From sequence record MZ234024.1: DNA of 39,375 nucleotides, one strand, 5' to 3'. This stretch comes from Escherichia phage vB_EcoP-101136BS1. The translations under genes were made by a program, and so were the position numbers. The notes beneath the pieces were generated by a model. It was not told where the DNA came from. It searched no databases and saw nothing but the letters and a program-made list of their open reading frames with translations. This document shows positions 1 to 9,863 of this stretch, in pieces; position 1 is the stretch's first letter; each line of letters begins with the position of its first letter.

Positions 1-3000
1 ATGCAGGAACGAGAGGATCGCTCTACGTGGTTCGGTTTCGGCTCGGCTACAGAAGCTGAAGTGAAGAACTCTATGGTCGGCGTGGCTATCCGCGCTGGTC
101 AGACCGAGGACTCACTGGATGTCATTGGCGATGTGTTCAACCCAACCCGATGGAATAACCATAAGTGGTCTCGTGAGGAGCTGGACCAGATTCGTAACGC
201 TGGGGTTCTGCCTCAGTATTACGGAGTCATCACTGGTGGTTCCCCTCAGAACCTGACTGAGCTGATTAACTTGGCGCTTGAGAACCAGAAGTTGGACCAA
301 GAGAAGGCCAAGGCCGGGACTGGTGCTCAACTGGCGGCTGGTGTGATTGGTGCTGGCGTGGACCCTCTGACCTACGTTCCTATTGCTGGGCAGGTAGGTA
401 AAGGTGGGAAGCTAGTCAACAAGATGTTCACTGTGGCTGCTCAGTCTGGTGCTCTGGCTGGGGCATCCGAGATTGCTCGAACCTCAGTTGCTGGTGGGGA
501 CGCTCATGTGGCTGAGGCAATTATGGGCGGTGCTCTCTTCGGTGGGGGAATGACAGCTATCGGGGACGCTATCGGCAAGGCCTTAGGCAAGTCAACCAAC
601 GAGTTCGCCGGACCAGCCACACGTCTGGAAGCCCGTGAGACTGCACGTAATGTTGATGGTCAGGACCTGTCGCGTATGCCAATCCGTGAAGGAGAGGAGA
701 CCTTTAGTCATCAAGGTGTTAAGTTCGCAGACGTTCCGAACGAGCCGGGTAGTGTACGACTGGAAGATGGTTCAATCCTGATTGGTGAGAATCCTCTGAA
801 CCCTAAGACACGTAAAGTCTTTGACGAAGTGATTGAGCCTGAACGTGCCGCTGCTGGTGTGAACCTTGGTGGGCTGACTGAGATTGGCCTGAAGCTGCTT
901 CGGTCCGAGAACCCTGAGATTCGTGGAGTAGCTGCTGACTTAGTACGTTCACCGACTGGTATGCAGTCTGGGGCCTCAGGTAAAATAGGGACAACTGCGT
1001 CAGACGTATTCGAGAGACTTCGTGCTGTGGACCATCGGTTCTACAATGACATCGACGATGCGGTTACTGAGGCACTAAAGGACCCGTACTTCCAGACAGC
1101 ATTCTGGCGAGACTCTGGCGCATTCCGTCAAGACATCTATCAGCGCGTGTCTATGGCTATCGAAGATGGTAGCGGAAACCTGAAGGCTGAATTGACTCCG
1201 GGAGAACTGAAAGTCTATGACCTGCTGAAGAACCAGTTTGACGCCAAGCGTGAGATGATGGAGAACCCGGCGATGTTTGGTCGCCCAGACGCTCAGTCTA
1301 TCTTTCCGGGTAGCCGCTTCAAGGGAACATACGTCCCGCATGTGTATAGCAACCAGATGAAGGAGCTGTACATCAAGGAGCTTGGGAGTCCAGAGGCACT
1401 ACAGGAGGCCATCAAGAAGTCATGGTTGACCAGCTATGCGTCTCGACCTGAAGTCAAGAAACGTGTGGACGAGGCACTCTTAGAGGCTGACCCTACGTTG
1501 ACTCCAGAAGGACTTGCGGCTGCGGTCGATAAGTACGCCAACGATAAGGCTTATGGTATCTCTCACACCGAGCAGTTCGAGCGTTCATCCGTAATGGAAG
1601 AGAACATCAATGGTCTGGTGGGTCTGGAGAACAACAGCTTCCTTGAGGCTCGTAACCTGTTCGATAGCGATATGTCAATCGTCCTACCTAACGGTCAGAC
1701 CTTCAGTGTCAACAACCTGCGTGAGTGGGACATGGACAAGATTGTCCCGGCCTACAACCGTCGAGTTAATGGCGATATTGCTATCATGGCTGGTACAGGC
1801 AAGACCACGAAGGACATGAAGGACTTGGTTGAGACCCTGATGAACAAGGCTGGGGATGACGGTAAGTTGAAAGGTGAAGTATCTACATTACGTGACACTT
1901 TGAAGATTCTAACTGGTCGTGCTCGACGTGATGGTGCTGATGATGCGGCCTTCGCTACCGTGATGCGCACAATGACAGACCTATCGTTCTTCGCTAAGAA
2001 TGCCTACATGGGTGTTCAGAACTTAACGGAGATTGGTGGTATGCTGGCTCGTGGTAACGTTCGTGCAATGCTTCATGGAGTCCCAATTTTCCGTGACCTA
2101 GCCTTCCGTAACAAGAAGGTTGGGGCCTCAGAGATTAAGGACCTGCACAATGTTATCTTCGGTAAGGAACTGGATGACTCAATCCGTCCGTCTAAACAGG
2201 ATGTCATTGACCGTCTGCGATCTTACAGTGACCTCGGTCGTGGTACAGCTACAGCTCTGGGGACTGCCAAGTATTACACTGGCGAACTTGCAGTACGCTC
2301 TCCGTTCACTAAAGTCCTCAACGGTACGACCAACTACCTGTTAGATGCTGGACGTCAGGGCTTCCTGTCTGACATCGTGGAGCATAGCCTGACTGGTAGT
2401 AAGCGTAAGTTCGATGACCGCTGGCTGAAGACCGCTGGTATCTCTGACGAGCAGTGGAAGGGCATTAAGTCCCTAATCCGTGAGTCAGTGACTCGTGGTC
2501 CAGACGGGAAGTACACCATCAAGGATAAGAAGGCGTTCAGTCAGGACCCAAGGGCTATGGACCTCTGGCGTATGGGTGACACCATCGCTGATGAGACCCT
2601 GCTACGTCCCCACAAGCTGAGCAACATGGACGCCAAGGCTTATGGTCCGATAGCGAAGACTGTCTTGCAGTTTAAGAACTTCGTTATCAAGTCTATCAAC
2701 GGTCGAACCATGCGTACCTTCTACAATGCCACCAAGAACAACCGAGCTATGGACGCTGCGCTGTCAACGGTTATGTCTATGGGTCTGGCTGGAATGTACT
2801 ACATGGCTCAGGCGCACATAAAGGCTTACGCTATGCAGGACGGTCGTGACCGAGAGTATCTGAAGCAAGCCCTTAACCCAACAATGATTGGCTATGCGGC
2901 GCTGTCCCGTAGCTCCCACTTAGGTGGTCCTCTTGGGGTCGCCAACATTCTGGGTGGAATCGCTGGGTATGAGGACACTAAGATGCTCCGCTCGTCAATC

Positions 3001-3303
3001 CTTCCGCGCTCACCTACCGAGAAGACGGAGAAGCCAATCGCCTTTGGTGCTGCTTCCAGTGGTCCGGTAATGAATGTGGTCGGCAACTTCCTTGAGCAGG
3101 TCCCGGCTTTCGGCTATGCTGCTAACGTTGGTGCTACGGCTTACAACTTGGCGGGATACCTCAAGGCGGATACCCGTGTCAACGAGCGAGACTACATGAC
3201 CGGGATGTATAACACGTTCCGTGAACTTGTACCGAATGACCCGATTACCCAGAAGTTGCTGCTTGGAACGTTTGAGGAGCAGGGCATCCACATCAAGGAC
3301 TAA
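1..3303 (+). CDS. gp16: internal virion protein D (gp16), C-terminal 1100 codons; the 5' part of the same gene is at 38791..39375
   Basis: ORF is open from base 1 with no start. Translation shares long conserved blocks with T7 gp16 as recalled (LEARETARN, RSPTGMQSGASGK, RRVNGDIAIM, FFAKNAYMG, NGTTNYLLDA, DPRAMDLWR, ELVPNDP). Frame is continuous with the ORF running off the window end. Confidence 0.9.
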   Translation: MQEREDRSTWFGFGSATEAEVKNSMVGVAIRAGQTEDSLDVIGDVFNPTRWNNHKWSREELDQIRNAGVLPQYYGVITGGSPQNLTELINLALENQKLDQEKAKAGTGAQLAAGVIGAGVDPLTYVPIAGQVGKGGKLVNKMFTVAAQSGALAGASEIARTSVAGGDAHVAEAIMGGALFGGGMTAIGDAIGKALGKSTNEFAGPATRLEARETARNVDGQDLSRMPIREGEETFSHQGVKFADVPNEPGSVRLEDGSILIGENPLNPKTRKVFDEVIEPERAAAGVNLGGLTEIGLKLLRSENPEIRGVAADLVRSPTGMQSGASGKIGTTASDVFERLRAVDHRFYNDIDDAVTEALKDPYFQTAFWRDSGAFRQDIYQRVSMAIEDGSGNLKAELTPGELKVYDLLKNQFDAKREMMENPAMFGRPDAQSIFPGSRFKGTYVPHVYSNQMKELYIKELGSPEALQEAIKKSWLTSYASRPEVKKRVDEALLEADPTLTPEGLAAAVDKYANDKAYGISHTEQFERSSVMEENINGLVGLENNSFLEARNLFDSDMSIVLPNGQTFSVNNLREWDMDKIVPAYNRRVNGDIAIMAGTGKTTKDMKDLVETLMNKAGDDGKLKGEVSTLRDTLKILTGRARRDGADDAAFATVMRTMTDLSFFAKNAYMGVQNLTEIGGMLARGNVRAMLHGVPIFRDLAFRNKKVGASEIKDLHNVIFGKELDDSIRPSKQDVIDRLRSYSDLGRGTATALGTAKYYTGELAVRSPFTKVLNGTTNYLLDAGRQGFLSDIVEHSLTGSKRKFDDRWLKTAGISDEQWKGIKSLIRESVTRGPDGKYTIKDKKAFSQDPRAMDLWRMGDTIADETLLRPHKLSNMDAKAYGPIAKTVLQFKNFVIKSINGRTMRTFYNATKNNRAMDAALSTVMSMGLAGMYYMAQAHIKAYAMQDGRDREYLKQALNPTMIGYAALSRSSHLGGPLGVANILGGIAGYEDTKMLRSSILPRSPTEKTEKPIAFGAASSGPVMNVVGNFLEQVPAFGYAANVGATAYNLAGYLKADTRVNERDYMTGMYNTFRELVPNDPITQKLLLGTFEEQGIHIKD

Positions 3304-3321
3304 ACTATCACTATAGGAAAC
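3299..3321 (+). promoter_or_regulatory. phage RNAP promoter (phi17 position), CTAAACTATCACTATAGGAAAC
   Basis: One of 11 copies of the same ~20-nt motif with a TATAGG initiation region, placed just upstream of the tailspike gene as phi17 is in T7. Confidence 0.8.
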
Positions 3322-3367
3322 TGGAGGCGCTACCATAGGTCTCCGTTTAAATCACAAAGGAGGCATA

Positions 3368-5548
3368 ATGTCCACGATTACACAATTCCCTTCAGGAAAC
3401 ACTCAGTACAGGATAGAGTTCGACTACCTAGCCAGAACGTTTGTTGTTGTTACGCTGGTGAATAGCTCTAACCCTACCCTGAACCGTGTACTGGAAGTTG
3501 GTCGAGATTACCGATTCCTTAATCCAACGATGATTGAGATGTTGGCTGACCAATCAGGTTTCGACATCGTTCGTATTCACCGTCAGACTGGAACTGACTT
3601 AGTGGTAGACTTCAGGAATGGCTCAGTGTTGACAGCTAGTGACCTGACCAATTCAGAGCTTCAGGCTATCCATATTGCAGAAGAAGGTCGAGACCAAACG
3701 GTTGACTTAGCTAAGGAATATGCCGATGCTGCTGGTAGCTCTGCTGGCAACGCTAAGGATAGCGAGGACGAAGCACGCCGAATCGCTGCGAGTATCAAGG
3801 CAGCTGGTAAAATTGGCTATATTACCCGTCGCTCCTTCGAGAAAGGCTTCAACGTTACAACATGGAACGAGGTCCTGCTATGGGAAGAGGATGGTGATTA
3901 TTACCGCTGGGATGGTACGCTTCCAAAGAACGTTCCCGCTGGTTCAACTCCTGAATCATCTGGTGGTATTGGGCTGAGTGCGTGGGTTAGTGTTGGTGAT
4001 GCGTCACTTAGAGCAAACCTGGCTGATAGTGATGGCGCTAAATACATAGGCAGTGGAGAAAGGACATTACTTGAGCACAACAATGATGTTTTGCACTCAA
4101 AAGACTTTCCAACACTGCAGGCAGCTATAGATGCATCTTTGCAAAAAAATGATCTACTGGTGTCTCCTGGCAATTATACTGAAAAAGTTACTATTGGAAA
4201 CGCGCAGTTAAAAGGTGTTGGCGGGGCCACGGTACTAAAAACTCCGGCAGACTTTACAAACACTGTTCAGGTTAATTTAGCTACACCTCATTGGCAATTC
4301 CGCCATAGTGGTGGTTTTGCTATAGATGGTTCCGGGACAACCGGGGCCGTAGGTATTAGTTTTGACCCGTCAGACCAATATTCCGGACGTCATAATTTTA
4401 GTGATGTATACATCCACAACATCAACAAGGCCATTCAGAAGCCTTCCGGGAACATCGGCAATACTTGGAGAAATATTGGGATATCTACGTGTGATTGGGG
4501 GTATTACGCGATTAGTGGCTCAGAGATGCATTGCGGGGCCGATACCCTCTACAATATCCACTTCGATGGCATCTCCACCTATGCAGTCTATCTAGACGGC
4601 ACTGTCGATAATGGCGGGGGGGGCGCATGGTGGCTTAAAGACTCCATTATTGAGGCTTCCGGAGGTGGCGGGATATACTTAAAAAGTAAATCGGGCGACT
4701 GTCCTACATCTCCATGCGGGGTATCCAATATATGGATGGAAGCGATCGCAACATCACCGGCTGTTCAGGTAGACGGCGTGGCGCAAAAACCGCGAGTTCT
4801 CAAGTTGGTAGACACAGCGATATTCTTTGCTGAGTATTCTTATCTCAACAACATCGAGCTATCCAACTCCAACTTAGTAACTTATGGTTGCCGTTTTGAC
4901 AACGCTGATGGCAATCAGGATATTGTCGTGGATGCACAAAGTACCATTGTAGCCCATGACGTGTATTTAAACGGCAGTTCTGGAAAGGACGTTATTGTGG
5001 AGTCCGTAGCATCGCAATCTGCAACGATAGCTGCCACAAACTTATCTCTGAGGGGCAACTTAACAAGAGGGAGAGTATTTAATACGCCGACAGGGAATAA
5101 ATTAATGGCTATCACATTTGACTCAGGTAGCCATAATTTTTCTGGCAGCGGCACCGTTAACGGTTCGACTGTATCTGACGGACTTCACGCCGCTACATGT
5201 ACCGAATTTTCATTCCCCGGAGCCGGTTTATATGAAATGATAGCGACAAGAACAACCATTACATCCGGTAGATGGTACGTGTGGGGAGTTAACTCACGCC
5301 TACAATCTGGCTCGGCGGATATTAGTATAACGTTAGGTATTACCATGGGTAGTGTTTACACAAAGCCGGGGGAGTGGATTAGCACTTTCGGTGTAGGAAA
5401 GGCATCTACCACTGGCACTGTAGCGCTATACGTTTCCACAGGAGGAGGTTCGGGAGCTACGGTCAGATTCAGTGACTTTTTCATCGCTGAGTTTACGACG
5501 CAAGCTCAGGCTTTAGCTTTCGCCAATTCAAGGATGTCGTTATCATAA
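3368..5548 (+). CDS. gp17: tail fiber/tailspike (gp17) with T7-like N-terminal anchor and a long non-T7 C-terminal domain, possibly a beta-helix polysaccharide depolymerase
   Basis: Strong RBS AAAGGAGG upstream. N-terminal ~150 aa resemble the T7 gp17 adaptor region (EFDYLARTFVVVTL, LVDFRNGSVL). Remainder is Gly/Asn/Ser/Thr-rich with no T7 fiber similarity. Confidence 0.85.
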   Translation: MSTITQFPSGNTQYRIEFDYLARTFVVVTLVNSSNPTLNRVLEVGRDYRFLNPTMIEMLADQSGFDIVRIHRQTGTDLVVDFRNGSVLTASDLTNSELQAIHIAEEGRDQTVDLAKEYADAAGSSAGNAKDSEDEARRIAASIKAAGKIGYITRRSFEKGFNVTTWNEVLLWEEDGDYYRWDGTLPKNVPAGSTPESSGGIGLSAWVSVGDASLRANLADSDGAKYIGSGERTLLEHNNDVLHSKDFPTLQAAIDASLQKNDLLVSPGNYTEKVTIGNAQLKGVGGATVLKTPADFTNTVQVNLATPHWQFRHSGGFAIDGSGTTGAVGISFDPSDQYSGRHNFSDVYIHNINKAIQKPSGNIGNTWRNIGISTCDWGYYAISGSEMHCGADTLYNIHFDGISTYAVYLDGTVDNGGGGAWWLKDSIIEASGGGGIYLKSKSGDCPTSPCGVSNIWMEAIATSPAVQVDGVAQKPRVLKLVDTAIFFAEYSYLNNIELSNSNLVTYGCRFDNADGNQDIVVDAQSTIVAHDVYLNGSSGKDVIVESVASQSATIAATNLSLRGNLTRGRVFNTPTGNKLMAITFDSGSHNFSGSGTVNGSTVSDGLHAATCTEFSFPGAGLYEMIATRTTITSGRWYVWGVNSRLQSGSADISITLGITMGSVYTKPGEWISTFGVGKASTTGTVALYVSTGGGSGATVRFSDFFIAEFTTQAQALAFANSRMSLS

Positions 5549-5692
5549 AAACAACCTCAGCCGAATCGGGTTATTTATCATCAGAACGGTATTGAATCAT
5601 CGAAGGTTGTGGAGGTAGAGGCTAACTACACGTTGACCAACGTATGATAACAACTTTGGGTCACGGACGACCCGCTTTAAACTGGAGGTTTT

Positions 5693-5887
5693 ATGATTGA
5701 GTTAGACTTCAAGAATGAGGTCCTCAAAGCCTCGCCTATCGTCGGGACCGCTGCGGCTGATGGTGCCAGTCGGTTCTTCTTTGGGCTAACGCTCAACGAA
5801 TGGTTCTACGTCGCTGCTATCGCGTACACCGTGGTGCAGATTGGCGTCCTAATTTACAAGACGATTAAGAGCGGAGGTAAGACATGA
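5693..5887 (+). CDS. gp17.5: class II holin (gp17.5)
   Basis: 64 aa; near-identical block to T7 holin as recalled (FFGLTLNEWFYVAAIAYTVVQIG). Confidence 0.9.
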   Translation: MIELDFKNEVLKASPIVGTAAADGASRFFFGLTLNEWFYVAAIAYTVVQIGVLIYKTIKSGGKT

Positions 5888-6147
5888 CGCAGATGGACTT
5901 AGAGAAGTTCCTGTTAATGCTGGACACAGAACGTGCTAGACTAATGCTGCAAGACCTGCGGGATGACTCTAAGCGTTCGCCCCAGCTCTACAACGCCATT
6001 GAGAAGCTACTGGCTCGTCACAACTTCGTGCTAAGCAAGGTGTCTGTTGACGAGAAGACGCTCGCTGATATGGAGGCCCTGAACGCAGAGTACGATAAGG
6101 TGCTCTCCGCTACGGAAGATAATGACACTGGGTATGGAGTGCAGTAA
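5884..6147 (+). CDS. gp18: terminase small subunit (gp18)
   Basis: 87 aa; shares LMLDT and RSPQLYNAI with T7 gp18; start overlaps the holin stop. Confidence 0.85.
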   Translation: MTQMDLEKFLLMLDTERARLMLQDLRDDSKRSPQLYNAIEKLLARHNFVLSKVSVDEKTLADMEALNAEYDKVLSATEDNDTGYGVQ

Positions 6148-6160
6148 ATCTCTTAAGTGT

Positions 6161-6205
6161 TAGACTCAAGGTCATTACTGTGTGTAGTGGCCTTTATGGT
6201 TAACA
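6161..6205 (+). promoter_or_regulatory. conserved intergenic element GACTCAAGGTCAT...GTGGCCTTTATGGTTA, candidate RNase III site (T7 R18.5 position)
   Basis: Same motif recurs at 15320-15362 and 22385-22430, and in part at 11997-12012. AAGGTC and GGCCTT can pair with one G-U wobble. Confidence 0.45.
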
Positions 6206-6257
6206 CTAACTAGTGGAGGAGACTCTACGTGAAATCTGATAAACCGGGAGGGCAACT

Positions 6258-6707
6258 ATGCTCGAATTTTTAAAGAGAGCGGCTCCGTGGTTACTTGCAG
6301 CAGTGATGTTTGCTGGTGGCTACCGCACCGCTAACAATAAGTGGGAGGCTAAGGTCAATGCAGAATACACCTCGAATCTTAAGGCATCGGAAGATACAAG
6401 GCTTGCTGTCCAAGCTGAAGTCAACAAAGTGTCCAAACGGTTTCAGGACGAAATGTCCTCGCTGGAAGGCAGCACTGATAGGATTATTGCTGACCTTCAG
6501 TCTGACAATAAGCGGTTGCGCATCCGAGTCAAACCAACGAGTGGAACCACGCAAAGTGACGGTCGATGCTTCATTGATGGTTACGCCGAACTTGACGAAC
6601 GAGATGCTAAACGTCTTATCGCCATCGGAGTGAAAGGAGACAAGTGGATTAAGGCCCTTCAAGACACTGTGAGAGCCTTACAGCAAGAGAAGGAGGTGAC
6701 GCATTGA
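6258..6707 (+). CDS. gp18.5: Rz-like i-spanin (gp18.5)
   Basis: 149 aa; N-terminal membrane anchor; matches T7 gp18.5 ([29 protein letters not shown]). Confidence 0.85.
   Translation: MLEFLKRAAPWLLAAVMFAGGYRTANNKWEAKVNAEYTSNLKASEDTRLAVQAEVNKVSKRFQDEMSSLEGSTDRIIADLQSDNKRLRIRVKPTSGTTQSDGRCFIDGYAELDERDAKRLIAIGVKGDKWIKALQDTVRALQQEKEVTH
6358..6633 (+). CDS. gp18.7: Rz1-like o-spanin lipoprotein (gp18.7) embedded in the +1 frame of Rz
   Basis: Matches T7 gp18.7 ([18 protein letters not shown] lipobox, [10 protein letters not shown]). Start is uncertain; the open frame begins at 6310. Confidence 0.7.
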   Translation: MQNTPRILRHRKIQGLLSKLKSTKCPNGFRTKCPRWKAALIGLLLTFSLTISGCASESNQRVEPRKVTVDASLMVTPNLTNEMLNVLSPSE

Positions 6708-8467
6708 GTAAAGACTTAGTGGCGCGTCAGGCGCTAATGACTGCACGTATGAAGTCAGACTTCGTGTTCTTCCTGTTCGTCCTGTGGAAAGCTCTGTCGC
6801 TCCCAGTCCCTACTCGCTGTCAGATTGACATGGCGAAGAAACTATCGGCTGGGGACAACAGGCGCTTCATCCTACAAGCGTTCCGTGGTATAGGGAAGTC
6901 CTTCATTACGTGTGCCTTCGTTGTCTGGAAGCTATGGAACAACCCAGACTTGAAGTTCATGATTGTGTCGGCCTCAAAGGAACGAGCCGATGCTAACTCC
7001 ATCTTCATCAAGCGAATCATCGACCTCATGCCTCAGCTTCAGGAACTCAAACCTAAGCAGGGTCAGCGAGATGCGGTTATCAGCTTCGACGTTGGACCGG
7101 CTAAGCCAGACCACTCACCTTCGGTTAAGTCCGTTGGTATCACTGGTCAGTTGACTGGTAGTCGTGCTGACATCCTGATTGCCGATGACGTGGAGGTTCC
7201 GAACAACTCAGCGACTCAGGCTGCACGAGACCGTCTATCAGAGCTTGTGAAAGAGTTCGACGCTATCCTGAAGCCGGGAGGTACGATCATCTATCTGGGT
7301 ACTCCTCAGAACGAGATGACACTGTATCGTGAGCTGGAAGGTCGTGGGTACACCACTACTATCTGGCCCGCTCGTTATCCACGCGACAGGAAGGACTGGC
7401 AGTCTTACGGTGACCGTCTGGCACCGATGCTTCAGGCAGAGCTTGAAGAGGACCCTGAGTCCTTCTACTGGCGTCCGACTGATGAAGTACGCTTCGATGA
7501 TACGGACCTGAAGGAGCGTGAGCTGTCCTACGGTAAAGCTGGCTTCGCTCTACAGTTCATGCTTAACCCGAACCTGAGTGATGCTGAGAAGTATCCTCTT
7601 AAGCTCCGTGACCTTATCGTAGCCGACTTGGACCCAGCGTCCAGCCCAATGGTCTACCAATGGTTGCCAAACCCTCAGAACAAGCGTGAGGACGTTCCTA
7701 ACGTGGGACTCATGGGTGACTCGTACCACACGTATCAGACTGTAGGTTCTGCCTTCAGCTCATACACCCAGAAGATTCTGGTCATTGACCCTAGTGGTCG
7801 TGGTAAGGATGAAACTGGTTATGCGGTACTGTATCAGCTCAACGGCTACATCTTCGCTATGGAAGTAGGTGGTATGCGTGGTGGCTATGAAGACTCTACT
7901 CTGGAAGCACTGGCTAAGATTGGTCGTAAGTGGAAGGTCAACGAATACGTCATTGAGGGTAACTTCGGTGATGGTATGTACCTTGAGCTATTCAAGCCTG
8001 TAGCGGCCCGTATCCATCCTGCTGCTGTAACCGAAGTGAAGAGTAAGGGTCAGAAAGAACTCCGCATCTGTGACGTTCTTGAGCCTATCATGGGGTCTCA
8101 CCGACTTATCGTCAACGCTGCTGCTATCGTCCAAGACTATCAGACAGCCTCTGACAAGGATGGTGTTCGTAACCCTATCTACTCTCTCTTCTACCAGATG
8201 ACACGTATCTCTCGTGAACGTGGAGCCTTGGCACACGATGACCGACTTGATGCGCTAGCTATAGGTGTACAGTTCTTCGTTGAGTCTATGGCTAAGGATG
8301 CCAACAAGGGAGAACGTGAAGTCACTGAGGAGTGGCTGGAGGAACAGATGGAGAACCCACGGAAAGGCTTCGAGTCCATCCACACTGAGTTCTGGGACAA
8401 TGGGGTCCGGGTAACTCACAATACGGACGACGAGCTTGGACTAGGGTCATACGTTACGTTCCACTAG
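6704..8467 (+). CDS. gp19: terminase large subunit (gp19)
   Basis: 587 aa (T7 gp19 is 586); extensive identity including [69 protein letters not shown]. Confidence 0.95.
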   Translation: MSKDLVARQALMTARMKSDFVFFLFVLWKALSLPVPTRCQIDMAKKLSAGDNRRFILQAFRGIGKSFITCAFVVWKLWNNPDLKFMIVSASKERADANSIFIKRIIDLMPQLQELKPKQGQRDAVISFDVGPAKPDHSPSVKSVGITGQLTGSRADILIADDVEVPNNSATQAARDRLSELVKEFDAILKPGGTIIYLGTPQNEMTLYRELEGRGYTTTIWPARYPRDRKDWQSYGDRLAPMLQAELEEDPESFYWRPTDEVRFDDTDLKERELSYGKAGFALQFMLNPNLSDAEKYPLKLRDLIVADLDPASSPMVYQWLPNPQNKREDVPNVGLMGDSYHTYQTVGSAFSSYTQKILVIDPSGRGKDETGYAVLYQLNGYIFAMEVGGMRGGYEDSTLEALAKIGRKWKVNEYVIEGNFGDGMYLELFKPVAARIHPAAVTEVKSKGQKELRICDVLEPIMGSHRLIVNAAAIVQDYQTASDKDGVRNPIYSLFYQMTRISRERGALAHDDRLDALAIGVQFFVESMAKDANKGEREVTEEWLEEQMENPRKGFESIHTEFWDNGVRVTHNTDDELGLGSYVTFH

Positions 8468-8507
8468 CTGAATGAATAACTATAGGTGAAAGCTGCATGA
8501 ATAAGCA

Positions 8508-8530
8508 GGTAGTAACCTATAGTTACTACC
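8508..8530 (+). other. perfect hairpin GGTAGTAAC-CTATA-GTTACTACC downstream of gp19
   Basis: 9-bp perfect inverted repeat with a 5-nt loop, read directly from the sequence; no U-tract follows. Confidence 0.5.
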
Positions 8531-8561
8531 AGTCTAACATACTGTTTTACAAGGAGTTTGG

Positions 8562-8584
8562 ACTTAACTATCACTATAGGGAAG
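8562..8584 (+). promoter_or_regulatory. phage RNAP promoter near the genome right end (phiOR position), TTAACTATCACTATAGGGAAG
   Basis: Matches the window's promoter consensus including a GGG start. Confidence 0.75.
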
Positions 8585-8764
8585 ACCCCCGGTTACTTAT
8601 AGTATTACTGTAGTGAATATACATATGCAGACTTTATGCAAGACCTTAGGAGGCAGACTCCGAGTTCTTACCTAAGGCTTGCACCGATGGAAGGAGGGTG
8701 ATATTAATCATAATCCCTCCAATACAGATAGTCACCGACCATAGATACAGGAGGTATGTAGCAT

Positions 8765-8923
8765 ATGGCAAAGACCAAAGCTGTACTTAAAGCTCTGGCG
8801 ACCAATCGAGCTACATACAGGTTTCTTGCTGCTGTTCTACTTGCTGCTGGCGTTACTGCTGGAAGTCAGTGGGTCGGGTGGGTCGAGACTCTCGTATGTA
8901 CTCTGGTCTCTCAGTGTAATTAA
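8765..8923 (+). CDS. small hypothetical protein (gene 19.5 position), 52 aa
   Basis: AGGAGG RBS 10 nt upstream of the ATG. Hydrophobic core LAAVLLAAGVTAG. Below the ORF-track size cutoff; assignment is by position only. Confidence 0.4.
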   Translation: MAKTKAVLKALATNRATYRFLAAVLLAAGVTAGSQWVGWVETLVCTLVSQCN

Positions 8924-8956
8924 CGCAATCATGGTAACGATTCATGAGCGGAAGAC

Positions 8957-8999
8957 CTAAGGTCAGTACGTGGATAAAGACTCACTATACTGACCTTAG
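8957..8999 (+). repeat. 12-bp perfect inverted repeat CTAAGGTCAGTA / TACTGACCTTAG with a 19-nt spacer
   Basis: Seen directly; the spacer contains GACTCACTATA, a T7-type promoter core without a GGG start. Confidence 0.5.
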
Positions 9000-9084
9000 C
9001 TACTGTAGTCAAGGACTTTAGGTAACACCTTAAGAGAAGCTCACTTAGGGTCATCCTACTTATTGGTCTATCCTAGTGTCGCCT

Positions 9085-9126
9085 GACCTACGGTCCTTGA
9101 CCTACAGTGGCTGTGGCCTACAGTAG
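9085..9126. repeat. short direct repeats of (G)ACCTAC(A/G)GT, 3 copies
   Basis: GACCTACGGTC, GACCTACAGTG and GCCTACAGTAG within 42 nt; analogous to the CCTAAAG-type arrays at T7 genome ends. Confidence 0.5.
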
Positions 9127-9163
9127 TGACGATGAGTTTTGGACCAAAAGTTTGAGACCACAT

Positions 9164-9346
9164 CTCACACTTCAAGAACCTCAAGTCTCCCCATAGGCCC
9201 TCTTTAAGTCCAGACCAAAGGCCCTACCCCAGTCTATCATAAGGTTAGACCGATGGTCCAGACTTCAGGTCAACGATAGGTCTAGGCTATGGCTTAGGGA
9301 AGGACGATAGGTTGGGACTATGGGTCTTCTTTGAGTCTCTATCTGT
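9164..9346. repeat. candidate terminal-repeat region with the genome left end near TCTCACA (9164)
   Basis: TCTCACA followed ~29 nt later by CCCCATAGG, and ending near CTATCTGT, mirrors landmarks of the T7 160-bp terminal repeat as recalled. Boundaries cannot be fixed from a collapsed assembly. Confidence 0.3.
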
Positions 9347-9480
9347 ATAACCATAAGTCACAACCATAGGTCACAGCCTACCTCTCACAACCATAAGTCA
9401 TAACCTACAGTCTCACTAACCTACAGTCTCAACCATAAGACACCAACACCTACAGTCATAGACCTACAGTTAATAGACAC
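9335..9480. repeat. array of short direct repeats (ACCTACAGTC x4, ACCATAAG(T/A)C x3) in the left-end non-coding region
   Basis: Repeats read directly at 9403, 9417, 9447 and 9461, and 9351, 9379 and 9431. Confidence 0.6.
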
Positions 9481-9580
9481 AGGCTATAGACTTAAGGTCT
9501 AAGACATGTTAGTCAAAGACTATATCCTCTTACACCATGGGGCCGACGATAGCTTAATCAATATTATTTCAAATTACCTA

Positions 9581-9610
9581 TTGACTATAGGTCCAGACTA
9601 TGGCCTAATA
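9581..9610 (+). promoter_or_regulatory. candidate host sigma70 early promoter (T7 A1 position)
   Basis: TTGACT at 9581-9586 as in the T7 A1 -35; the -10 is weak (CCTAAT at 17-nt spacing). Downstream ACACGACACGG...AACCGGATA aligns with sequence after T7 A1. Confidence 0.4.
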
Positions 9611-9720
9611 GCTTCCGTCAACACGACACGGCAACAACCGGATAGTGAAGACGCCGGTCCGGTCCGGTTAAGTAGTCAGCCTGTAAGACATACGAACAAC
9701 AGGCAACCGACAGAAAGTAG

Positions 9721-9750
9721 TTGACAGGCAGTAACGACTTAAAGTAATAT
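9721..9750 (+). promoter_or_regulatory. candidate host sigma70 early promoter (T7 A3-like): TTGACA, 18 nt, TAATAT
   Basis: Consensus -35 and near-consensus -10, followed by GTACCACATCGAAAC, which matches the T7 A3 transcribed region. Confidence 0.65.
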
Positions 9751-9804
9751 GTACCACATCGAAACAACGGTGATGACCAACACTGAATGGTCTACCTGAA
9801 GTCC

Positions 9805-9850
9805 TCTGACTGAAGGGAATGCTCTTTAACAATCTGGATAAACTCTTAAT
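9805..9850 (+). promoter_or_regulatory. leader segment matching the T7 R0.3 RNase III site region (GCTCTTTAACAATCTGG)
   Basis: 17-nt identity with the T7 early leader sequence as recalled. Confidence 0.45.
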
Positions 9851-9863
9851 GTGCGCCGATAGC

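Noticed and set aside
5549-5692. Possible terminator between the tailspike and holin genes
   Set aside because: Only weak 4-bp stems and no U-tract; nothing convincing.
8476-8491. Partial promoter-like AACTATAGG just after gp19
   Set aside because: It lacks the TCAC core at -8 to -5 present in all 11 promoter copies.
8979-8995. GACTCACTATA, a T7-type promoter core, inside the inverted repeat at 8957-8999
   Set aside because: It lacks the GG start and does not match this phage's own ACTATCACTATAGG consensus at -12 to -9. Probably not a functional promoter for this polymerase.
9506-9724. 72-aa plus-strand ORF in the left-end leader
   Set aside because: It overlaps the candidate host promoters and the region matching the T7 A1-A3 leader, and has no RBS. 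Most likely non-coding.
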